Shown one piece after another: positions 9,120-17,077 of a stretch of 64,000 nucleotides of DNA (its first letter is position 1; every line of letters starts with the position of its first letter). The stretch is from NCBI GenBank assembly GCA_036787045.1, contig DAIQQA010000001.1, positions 40,167-104,166 of the forward strand, read 5' to 3'. Made by a program: the position numbers and the translations under genes. This stretch comes from Burkholderiales bacterium (GTDB lineage: Bacteria > Pseudomonadota > Gammaproteobacteria > Burkholderiales > SHXO01). Under the pieces are notes generated by a model. That model ran no database searches. It was not told the origin of the DNA and was given only the letters and a program-made list of their open reading frames with translations.

Positions 9120-9437
9120 CTCAGCGCGCCCGCGTCGCGGCTGAGGCTCGAGGCGTGCGCCGGCGCGCTGCCCGGGGAAGGGCAAGGAGCGGAAGGGGAA
9201 GGCGCGGCGCGCTGGCCGCTCTGCCGGCGAGGTCGGTCATGATCGTGCAAGCAAGCGCGGAAGTTTACCCGTGGTGCATACGCGGGGGTAAGCCGTCTAG
9301 CCCGCCCCCACCTTTGGTGATACCTTTGCCAGCTGCCGGAAGTGCAGCCGCGCCGCACGGCTAGCCCGGAGCGCCGTGCGGGGCGTCCGGGCGGATAGCG
9401 TCAGGCAAATAGAACAACCATCACGCCCGGGGGAGTC

Positions 9438-10838
9438 ATGAGCAACGCGACCGTCAACGAAGCGGTGGAAGTCCAGAAGGGGCACTTCGATCCGTACCAG
9501 CTCGACCCCTCGCACATCCTCGAACCGCCGACCAGGATGCGCGAGATCCTCAAGAAGATCGGCCCGGGCATCATCCTGTCCGCTTCGATCGTAGGCTCCG
9601 GCGAGCTGATCGCCACCACTACGCTGGGCGCCGAGGTGGGCTACACGGTGATGTGGCTCATCATCTTCTCCTGCCTGATCAAGGCGCTCGTGCAGTCGTT
9701 CCTGGGCCGCTACACCATCGCCAAGGGCGAGACCGGGCTGGAGGCGTTCAACCGCATCCCGGGCAGGATCGGCAAGGTGAACTGGGTGGTGTGGGCGTGG
9801 GCGGCGATGGTGCTGGTCACGCTGTTCCAGATCTGCGCCATGTTCATCGGTGTGTCGCAGGCCATGAAGCTGGTCACCGGCATCGAGGTGGTCTGGTGGG
9901 TGCTCGCGTTCTTCGTGCTGACCCTGGTGCTGCTGCTCGGCGGCGCCTACCACCGCATCGAGCGCCTGGCCATGATCAAGGTCGGCGTGTTCACCCTCAT
10001 CACCCTGCTCTCGGCGGTCGTGCTCACGCGCATGCCGCAATACTTCTCCTGGAGCGATGTGGCGCAGGGGATGACCTTCAGACTCCCCGAGAAGGGGCTC
10101 GCCACTGCGCTGGCCGTGTTCGGGATCACCGGCGTCGGGGCGACCGAGCTGTACATGTACACCTACTGGTGCGTGGAGAAGGGCTATGCCCGCTACACCG
10201 GCCCGCACGAGGACAGCGAGGCCTGGCGGCGGCGCGCGCGCGGCTGGATACGGGTCATGAACGTGGATGTCATCTTCTCGATGGTCATCTACACCGTGGC
10301 GACCATCGCCTTCTACCTGCTGGGCGCGGGGATCCTGCACGGCATGGGGCTGGTGCCGGCCACCAGCGACATGATCCCGATACTGTCCAACATCTACACC
10401 GAGACGCTGGGCGGCTGGGCGAAGTGGCTGTTCTACGTCGGCGCGATCATCGTACTGTACGGCACCATCTTCGCGGCCACTGCCGGACACTCGCGCATGT
10501 TCGCCGACTTCATGCGGCTGCAGGGCGCCTTCGAGCACGACGACATGAAGGCGCGCAACCGCTGGCGAGACATCTTCATCGTCGTGCTGACCGTGATCCC
10601 GGTCGGGATGTTCTTCGCCTTCGGCGAGAAACCGGTCGCGATGGTCAAATGGGGCGGGCTGGCCCAGGCATGGACCCTGCCCATCCTCTCCCTCGGCACC
10701 GTGTACCTGATCCGCCGCTATCTGCCCAAGGAGATGAGCGCGACCCCGATCGGCACTGCGTTGCTCTGGATCGGTGCGATCGTCATCACCGGATTCGTGC
10801 TGATCAGCGAAGCGCGCCGCTGGGGACTGTTCGGCTGA
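9438..10838 (+). CDS. NRAMP-family divalent metal cation transporter
   Basis: GPGIILSASIVGSGELIATT motif, roughly 11-12 hydrophobic segments, 466 aa. RBS GGGGGAG lies just upstream of the ATG. Confidence 0.9.
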   Translation: MSNATVNEAVEVQKGHFDPYQLDPSHILEPPTRMREILKKIGPGIILSASIVGSGELIATTTLGAEVGYTVMWLIIFSCLIKALVQSFLGRYTIAKGETGLEAFNRIPGRIGKVNWVVWAWAAMVLVTLFQICAMFIGVSQAMKLVTGIEVVWWVLAFFVLTLVLLLGGAYHRIERLAMIKVGVFTLITLLSAVVLTRMPQYFSWSDVAQGMTFRLPEKGLATALAVFGITGVGATELYMYTYWCVEKGYARYTGPHEDSEAWRRRARGWIRVMNVDVIFSMVIYTVATIAFYLLGAGILHGMGLVPATSDMIPILSNIYTETLGGWAKWLFYVGAIIVLYGTIFAATAGHSRMFADFMRLQGAFEHDDMKARNRWRDIFIVVLTVIPVGMFFAFGEKPVAMVKWGGLAQAWTLPILSLGTVYLIRRYLPKEMSATPIGTALLWIGAIVITGFVLISEARRWGLFG

Positions 10839-11026
10839 CAGACTGGGGTTTCGGGTCTAGGGGCCACAGCACCCAGCTCACACACTGCCCTCGCGGATCG
10901 ACAGATAGGTCTCGTTCCCGCTTGCGGGAGGGCGTAGCGTGAGGGTTGGCGTCCCCGCCTCGTCACAGGCCGGGCATGTTTTTTTGGTATCGCGCCTCAA
11001 GGGCGCATTCAGCGGAGCGACACGCA

Positions 11027-11374
11027 ATGAGCATCGAACGCAAGCACATCGGGCCGCGGCTGTCCCAGGCCGTGATTCACGGCGACACCGTGTATCTGGC
11101 CGGTATCGTGGCCGACCATCCCATTCCCGATGCCGCCGCGCAGACCGGCCAGATTCTGGATCAGATCGACAAGCTGCTCGCCGAGTGCGGCACGGACAAG
11201 AGCAAGATTCTCATGGCCACCATCTGGCTGTCCGATGTGCGCTACTACGACGAGATGAACTCGGTGTGGGACAAGTGGGTGGCAGCCGGCAACACTCCTG
11301 CGCGCGCCTGCGTCGAGGCAAAGCTCGCGCAGCCCAAGTACCTCATTGAGATTCGCGTCGTGGCCGCGCGCTAG
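11027..11374 (+). CDS. RidA/YjgF/TdcF-family reactive-intermediate deaminase-like protein
   Basis: GDTVYLAGIVA..., QTGQILDQIDKLL, ARACVEAKL, about 115 aa. I chose the internal ATG at 11027. Confidence 0.85.
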   Translation: MSIERKHIGPRLSQAVIHGDTVYLAGIVADHPIPDAAAQTGQILDQIDKLLAECGTDKSKILMATIWLSDVRYYDEMNSVWDKWVAAGNTPARACVEAKLAQPKYLIEIRVVAAR

Positions 11375-11611
11375 CCAGCAGTTCCCTCCGCTCCTGCCCG
11401 AGGACGGGTGGCCACGCAGTGGGCGGGGTGGTGGGAGCCTGCCCGTGGCGCGTAGCGCCGGGGCGGTGGGAGCAGGTCCAGGGCTGCCCTGGCCCAAGGT
11501 GGAGAGGCAGCTCAACGCCATGCTCTGCTCGCGCCCCTGACCGTTCCACCGGGCCTGGCGGCCTGCGTAGGGCGGCTAGAATGATCGCGCCCACCACTCC
11601 GCCCGCTCACA

Positions 11612-13435
11612 ATGTCCCTGCTAGCTCAAGCCGCAATCTTCCTCGCCGCCGCCGTACTGGCCGTCCCCGTCTTCCGCAGGCTTAAGCTGGGCGCCGTGCT
11701 CGGCTATCTGGCGGCCGGCGTGATCATCGGTCCCTGGGCGCTGCGGCTGGTCACCGATGTCGAGAGCATCCTGCACTTCGCCGAGCTGGGCGTGGTGCTG
11801 CTGCTGTTCGTGATCGGGCTGGAACTGCAGCCCTCGCGCCTGTGGGTGCTGCGCAAGGCCGTGTTCGGGTTGGGCGGCGCGCAGGTCGCGCTCACCGGGG
11901 CAATACTGGCTGCGATCGGGCTAGCGCTCGGGCAGAGCTGGCAGAGCGCGCTGGTGATGGGGTTGGGGCTGGCCATGTCCTCCACCGCCTTCGTGCTCCA
12001 GGTGCTGGCCGAACGCAGGCAGCTGACCGCGCGACATGGCCGCTCCGCCTTCGCGATACTGTTGTTCCAGGACCTGTCGGTGATTCCACTGCTGGCGCTC
12101 ATCCCGCTGCTGTCGAGTGCGCCGGCAGTGCAGCAGTCCGGCAATCCCTGGCTTGCTGCCGGGCAGGCGGTGGCAGTGATCGCGGCAGTGATCCTGGGCG
12201 GGCGGTTGCTGCTGCGCCCCGTTCTGCGCGTGATTGCGGAGTCGCGCATCCAGGAGATCCTCACCGCGGCGGCGCTGCTCGTGGTCATCGGAGTGTCGCT
12301 GCTGATGGTCGGCGTCGGACTGTCCATGTCCCTGGGCGCGTTCCTCGCCGGCGTGCTGCTGGCGGACTCGGAGTACCGCCACGAGCTGGAAGCCAACATC
12401 GAGCCCTTCAAAGGCTTGCTGCTGGGGCTGTTCTTCATCTCGGTGGGGATGGCGGCAGATGTCGGCCAGGTGCTCGACCGGCCGCTTCTGGTGCTCGCCG
12501 GCGTGATCGGCCTGATGGGCGTCAAGGCCGCGGTGCTCTACGTCCTCGGGCGCCTGAGCAGGCATTCGGCCGACTCCTCGCGCGCCCTGGCCGCTTCGCT
12601 CTGCCAGGGCGGCGAGTTCGCCTTCGTACTGTTTGCCCTCGCCGAGGGCAGCCAGGTGATGGACCGTGGCCTGGTGGATCTGCTGGTGGTGGTCGTGACC
12701 TTGTCCATGGCTGCGACACCGCTGGCTCTGCTTGCAACCGACATCATCGGGCGCAGGCTGCGCGCCCGCGAGCCGGCGAAGCCGTTCGACACCATCGATG
12801 CCGGGGAGCAACCGCCGGTCATCATCGCCGGATTCGGGCGCGTCGGGCAGATCGTCAGCCGCATCCTGCTGGCGCGGGGCATCCCCATCACGGCATTGGA
12901 CATCGACCCAGCGCAGGTCGAGACCGTGCGGCAGTTCGGCCGCAAGGTGTACTACGGCGACGCGTCCCGCCTGGATCTCCTGCAGGCCGCGGGCACGGAG
13001 AAAGCGAAGCTCTTCGTGCTGGCGGTGGACAACGTGGAGAAGTCGCTGCTGATCGCCGAGACGCTGAAGAAGCACTTTCCGCATGTGAAGGTGTTCGCCC
13101 GCGCCCGCAATCGTTTCCATGCCTACCGGTTAATGGATATCGGCGTAGAGTACATTATGCGCGAGACGCTGCTGTCCTCGCTGCAGATGGCCGAGGAGGT
13201 GCTGCAGGCACTGGGCACGCCGGCGTGGCAGGCCAGGGAGATCGCGGAGCGCTTCCGGCTGCATGACGAGCGCATCCTGCAGGTGCAGCACGCCGTCTAT
13301 CACGATGAGACGCAGCTTCGGCAGACCTCCCGCGAGGCCATGCAGGAGCTGGACGCGCTGCTGCGCGGCGACCGGGAGGACGCGCAGGCCGACGGCGCGC
13401 GGCACACGGTGTTCTCGCCAAGCGACATAAGATGA
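11612..13435 (+). CDS. kefC: Glutathione-regulated potassium-efflux system protein (CPA2 antiporter with KTN/TrkA-N domain), KefB/KefC-like
   Basis: It aligns by eye with E. coli KefC (GSVLGYL.AG..IGPW.LRLVTD.ESILHFAE.GVVL.LF.IGLEL, GRSAFAILLFQD). KTN motif: IIAGFGRVGQ. Confidence 0.85.
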   Translation: MSLLAQAAIFLAAAVLAVPVFRRLKLGAVLGYLAAGVIIGPWALRLVTDVESILHFAELGVVLLLFVIGLELQPSRLWVLRKAVFGLGGAQVALTGAILAAIGLALGQSWQSALVMGLGLAMSSTAFVLQVLAERRQLTARHGRSAFAILLFQDLSVIPLLALIPLLSSAPAVQQSGNPWLAAGQAVAVIAAVILGGRLLLRPVLRVIAESRIQEILTAAALLVVIGVSLLMVGVGLSMSLGAFLAGVLLADSEYRHELEANIEPFKGLLLGLFFISVGMAADVGQVLDRPLLVLAGVIGLMGVKAAVLYVLGRLSRHSADSSRALAASLCQGGEFAFVLFALAEGSQVMDRGLVDLLVVVVTLSMAATPLALLATDIIGRRLRAREPAKPFDTIDAGEQPPVIIAGFGRVGQIVSRILLARGIPITALDIDPAQVETVRQFGRKVYYGDASRLDLLQAAGTEKAKLFVLAVDNVEKSLLIAETLKKHFPHVKVFARARNRFHAYRLMDIGVEYIMRETLLSSLQMAEEVLQALGTPAWQAREIAERFRLHDERILQVQHAVYHDETQLRQTSREAMQELDALLRGDREDAQADGARHTVFSPSDIR

Positions 13436-13492
13436 CCCGGGCGTGAGGCGCGAGGGGTCCCTGCTCACCAACTTGGGCCGTTGCGACTGGGC

Positions 13493-13536
13493 CTCTTGCA
13501 GTCCTTAGCGACCTTTGCGTCCTTGGCGGTGAGAGC
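13493..13536. repeat. Solo microrepeat arm (CCAAGGACG type)
   Basis: The reverse complement, gctctcaccgccaaggacgcaaaggtcgctaaggactgcaagag, matches the arm style at 4122-4158. No partner arm was found nearby. Confidence 0.6.
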
Positions 13537-13665
13537 TTGTAGAGCTAGCCTCGAGCCTCGCGCCCGATCTGTATCCGTTTTGCATAAATCTTGCTTCCCT
13601 GGTCCACCGTTTGAGCGCCCGACAGGGCATTCGTGGACCGTACCACTGTGACAGGAGGAAACGCC

Positions 13666-14037
13666 ATGAAGGGGTTGATGGGGCTGATCGGTGCAGCGCT
13701 GTTGATGTTCGTGTCCGTCGCCGCGTCGGCGCAGAGTCTGGAGGTGGCCGATGCGAAGCTCGGCAAGGGCGTACAGGACCGTGAGATCGTCGACGAGACC
13801 GCCACTTTCGCGGTCAACGAGAAAGCCTATCTGTGGATGCGCGTGACCGGCGGCCCGGGCGACATCAACGTGAACTGGAGCATCGGTGACCATACCGATA
13901 CTGTTCCGCTGAACATCGGCGGGAGCTCGTGGCGGACCTGGTCCAACAAGACGCTGTGGCAGGCGGGCGACTGGAAGGTGACGGTCACCGGCAGCGATGG
14001 ACAGGTGCTCAAGGAGATCACTTTCCAGGTGCAGTAG
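13666..14037 (+). CDS. Secreted small protein, DUF2914-like
   Basis: RBS AGGAGG precedes ATG 13666 and there is a signal peptide (MKGLMGLIGAALLMFVSVAASAQS). The pattern V.DRE.V...F......YLW..V.....I...W......RTWS.K....G.W.V.V matches DUF2914 as I recall it. Confidence 0.6.
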   Translation: MKGLMGLIGAALLMFVSVAASAQSLEVADAKLGKGVQDREIVDETATFAVNEKAYLWMRVTGGPGDINVNWSIGDHTDTVPLNIGGSSWRTWSNKTLWQAGDWKVTVTGSDGQVLKEITFQVQ

Positions 14038-14100
14038 CGTACGCAGCCGGCCGACTCGGGGGCGCAGGAGACTGCGCCCTTTTTCTTTTCCCGGCGTGCG

Positions 14101-14586
14101 ATGATTGCGAGCATGACTCGACTGCTCCTGGTTTTTCTCGCCGCAGTGGTCTGCACGCCGGCCCGCGCCCAGTCCATCGTGGCACTTTGGGACCCCGCGT
14201 ACGTCGCAGTGCGCCCGGGCGCGAGTGTGCAGATCATGGTCATCGCCGACATCCGGCCCGGCTACGTGGTAGTCGCTCACCAGGCGGCAGACGCGCAGCT
14301 GGCGCCACTGACATTGCGCTTTCCGGCGACGCGCGGGGTGGCCGTGGGCGCCCCACGCTACCCGGCGGCGCAGGATGCGAGGGTCGATGCCGATCGGCGC
14401 AGGGTCCCAACCTATGCAGGCACCCTGCGGATCGCTGTGCCGGTCACCGTCTCGAAGCAGACGCCACCCGGAGAATTGACCCTGCAAGGTGAGCTGCGCT
14501 ACCAGGCGTGCGTCGAACTGCGCTGCACCGCGAGCCGGACCTTGCCGGTCAGGCTCACCCTCGACGTCAAGCCCGTCGAGGACTAG
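14101..14586 (+). CDS. Secreted protein resembling the N-terminal (DsbD-alpha/DsbC-type) domain of thiol:disulfide interchange protein DsbD
   Basis: Signal peptide ...VCTPARAQS. The pattern Y.G...I.VPV......G...L.G.LRYQAC....C.....L.V.L.L is typical of DsbD N-terminal domain proteins. An alternative start is at 14113. Confidence 0.55.
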   Translation: MIASMTRLLLVFLAAVVCTPARAQSIVALWDPAYVAVRPGASVQIMVIADIRPGYVVVAHQAADAQLAPLTLRFPATRGVAVGAPRYPAAQDARVDADRRRVPTYAGTLRIAVPVTVSKQTPPGELTLQGELRYQACVELRCTASRTLPVRLTLDVKPVED

Positions 14587-14627
14587 TCGACTGTAACAAC
14601 GCAATGCGGAGCACACGCCCTCTCTCC

Positions 14628-14662
14628 CTTGCGGGAGAGGGTTGGAGTGGGGTACTACTGAA
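14628..14662. repeat. REP-like hairpin CCCTCTCTCCC-TTGC-GGGAGAGGG followed by TTGGAGTGGGG
   Basis: The stem-loop was read directly. Related copies lie at 31564, 31640 and 54332. Confidence 0.8.
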
Positions 14663-14851
14663 TCGGCTGCTAGAGTCCACTGGCTCGCCCGTGCATCCTC
14701 CTCCTGTCTTCACCCAGCCCAGACGCAGCGACGCCGACCGGCAACAGCAGGCGCACCCCGCGTGGCTGGACCCTGCTGCCCGGCCATGCCCGCGCGGAGA
14801 AGGTATACTCTTCGCTCCGCACACCACCCCGACCAACCAAGGACCGATTGC

Positions 14852-15406
14852 ATGCGCACCGAGGTACACGTACACGGCACCGTCCCGCTGCGCTCGGGTG
14901 TCACCCTGTCGCAGCTCGAGGCGGCGATGCAGCCCTGGCTGGACTATCTGGACGTCGAGGGCATCGACGAGCTGAAGAGCGTGCACCGGGACGAGCCGGG
15001 CATGGTGTTCGACCCACGCCGGCGCCTGCTGGAGATCTGCTGGACCGGCGATGTGGGGCGCAACTTCCGCAAAGTCATCGAGGACGCCCTGCAGGCCCTG
15101 TGCCGGTATACCGATCAGGCTGCGGAAGTACAGCTGAGCTACTACCACGAGGACGGCCGGGACGAGATCAGCATCGTATTCGTCGGCCCGAGCTCCGAGT
15201 CTATCCACGAGGCGCAGCGGCGGCGCATGGTAGAGGACATGTCCAACCTGTTGTCGCGTCACTTCGGGCAGCAGGAAGTGTCGGAGGTCGTGAATCACAT
15301 CAACGAGCTGTTCGCGCGCAACTGGAGTCAGCGTGGCGCGAGCGGCGAGATCGAGCTGTCCACCGAGCCGATCACCGTGCCCAAGGGCCGGAAGCATCTG
15401 CACTGA
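14852..15406 (+). CDS. Hypothetical cytoplasmic protein (184 aa)
   Basis: Third-position GC is strong from ATG 14852 (MRTEVHVHGTVPL...). I recognise no motifs. The upstream part of the track ORF lies in REP DNA. Confidence 0.6.
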   Translation: MRTEVHVHGTVPLRSGVTLSQLEAAMQPWLDYLDVEGIDELKSVHRDEPGMVFDPRRRLLEICWTGDVGRNFRKVIEDALQALCRYTDQAAEVQLSYYHEDGRDEISIVFVGPSSESIHEAQRRRMVEDMSNLLSRHFGQQEVSEVVNHINELFARNWSQRGASGEIELSTEPITVPKGRKHLH

Positions 15407-15581
15407 CCCCACGCGCGGGGCTCCAGGTGTCAGATCAGCCCGACGCGGTCATCCCCGGCGAGTACTGGTACATCGACGGCACCGGCGAGGTCCTGTGCTG
15501 CCTCGAGCACCGGCAGTGCGAGCGCACCAAGGTGACCGGGCAGACCCAACCGGGCCGGGGCGTCCCGGCCCAGGCGCACGA

Positions 15582-17051
15582 TCACAACGTCTTCAGATAC
15601 TCGATCAGCGCATTTTTCTGTCCTGCGCTTAGCGCAGTGCCGAATGCGTGGCCCTCACTGCTGCCAGCCCGGTCGCGCGTATCGTGCCGGGTGCCGATGC
15701 GCTGTGCCTCGGGTCCCTGAACTACGAAGCCCACGTTCGCCGGGTCGTGCAGATCGTAGCCGCGCCAGAACACCTTGGGCCGCTGCTCGGGTGGCTGCAG
15801 CAGATCGCGCAGCGTGGGCACCGACCCGTTGTGCAGGTAGGGCGCCCGCAGCCAGATCCCGTCCAAGAACGGCGGGTTGTAACCGTCGAGCGGCGCCTCC
15901 ACCAGACCCTTGCGCTCGATACCGAAGCTGCTCACCACTTTGTTGGCGGCGATGGCGTTGTCCGCGTTCCACGTGCCGATGCGCTCGGCGTCGGTCTTGA
16001 CCGCCGCCAGCGGCATGCGCTTGCCGGTCCGTTCGCTCGCATGACAGCTTGCACAATTGGCCTCGAACACCGGCTTGCCGGCCGCCGCGAGGGCCTGATC
16101 GATCGGGAACGGATACGGCGGGGGCTCCTTGGCGCGCAGGTAGTCCTGCAGCCACTTGACTTCCTCCAGGAACTCGCTGTTACGCTTGGGCGGCGCACCG
16201 AGCAGCCCGAGGGCCGAGTCGATGATGACCGAATAGGAATCGTGGCTGTCGCCGGCCCAGTTCATCGTCGTGCCCTCGCCATCGTACTTCTTGAGATTCC
16301 AGATCGCGGGGATGTCGGTGGGACCGAAGCTGTCGTCCATCGGCAGCTCGATCATGAAGTACTTGGTCAGGTTCATCGCGTCGTCGCGGCCGCGACCCCA
16401 GTCGGGGAAGTCCTCCCGGTAGATCCAGGCGAACTGCTGCTCGCGCTCGAGCAGGCGCTTTTTCGTGATCGGAATCAGGACGAAGCGATAGATCATGCTG
16501 TCGACGAACCCCAGATCGTAGACCAGGGAGATCTCGCGCATGATGTTGTCGGCGTCGAAGCGCGGATCCTTGGCGCAGTCCACCAGGAAGCGGAAGAACG
16601 CCACCAGGTTCAGCGTGTGGCCGTTGCCGGCGTTGACGAAAGTCGGGTTCTCATTGAGAGACTTGCGGTACGTCGCAGTGTGGCAGGCTGCGCAGTTATT
16701 TGCGACACGGGCGAAGCCGACGACCTTCTTGCTGAACCCTACCGGCAACTCCTGCCCCTGCTCCCAGGGTGCGCCCAGGGAAGCGTAGCCGCCCGGCCCA
16801 GGCAGCTTCTCCGGGAACAGGCGCGGCAGCACGACGAAGATCCAGTACGGAATGCCGGCATCGCGCTCGGCGCCGATCGAGCCGTACCTGAAGCGCATCT
16901 CCGGGTCGCTCGTGATCCAGTCCGGTTGCGGCTCCTCGCGGAAGAACTTGTACCAGGTGAAGATGGCGCCCGCTGCGGCGAGCACGGCGAGCAGCACGAT
17001 CGCGCCGATCAGCTTGCGCTTCCAACTACGCTTTGCGGTAATCGCTGCCAT
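15582..17051 (-). CDS. Membrane-anchored dihaem c-type cytochrome, CCP/MauG-like C-terminal half (paralogue 2)
   Basis: RBS GAGGAG is 5 nt upstream of the ATG, with an N-terminal TM anchor (LIGAIVLLAVLAAAGAIF). Two CxxCH motifs (CAACH, CASCH), WLRAPYLHNGSVPTLRDLL after the second haem motif, and C-terminus GHAFGTALSAGQKNALIEYLKTL. Confidence 0.85.
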   Translation of the reverse strand: MAAITAKRSWKRKLIGAIVLLAVLAAAGAIFTWYKFFREEPQPDWITSDPEMRFRYGSIGAERDAGIPYWIFVVLPRLFPEKLPGPGGYASLGAPWEQGQELPVGFSKKVVGFARVANNCAACHTATYRKSLNENPTFVNAGNGHTLNLVAFFRFLVDCAKDPRFDADNIMREISLVYDLGFVDSMIYRFVLIPITKKRLLEREQQFAWIYREDFPDWGRGRDDAMNLTKYFMIELPMDDSFGPTDIPAIWNLKKYDGEGTTMNWAGDSHDSYSVIIDSALGLLGAPPKRNSEFLEEVKWLQDYLRAKEPPPYPFPIDQALAAAGKPVFEANCASCHASERTGKRMPLAAVKTDAERIGTWNADNAIAANKVVSSFGIERKGLVEAPLDGYNPPFLDGIWLRAPYLHNGSVPTLRDLLQPPEQRPKVFWRGYDLHDPANVGFVVQGPEAQRIGTRHDTRDRAGSSEGHAFGTALSAGQKNALIEYLKTL

Positions 17052-17077
17052 ACCGTCTCCTCAGGTGTTGCCGCGGA

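Noticed and set aside
9120-9437. Possible Mn riboswitch (yybP-ykoY) or Fur/MntR box upstream of the NRAMP gene
   Set aside because: I could not find the conserved riboswitch core sequences or an AT-rich Fur/MntR-like palindrome in this GC-rich spacer. The region also serves a divergent Rieske gene.
9297-10942. 413-aa minus-strand ORF and 429-aa plus-strand alternative frame overlapping the NRAMP gene
   Set aside because: The NRAMP frame has the conserved transporter motifs and TM pattern. The others are His/Arg/Asp/Gly-rich shadow frames.
10976-11010. T7 run and GCGCC-TCAAG-GGCGC hairpin upstream of the RidA-family gene as a terminator
   Set aside because: The T-run precedes rather than follows the hairpin on the plus strand, and the upstream sequence forms only weak stems, so I cannot support it as an intrinsic terminator.
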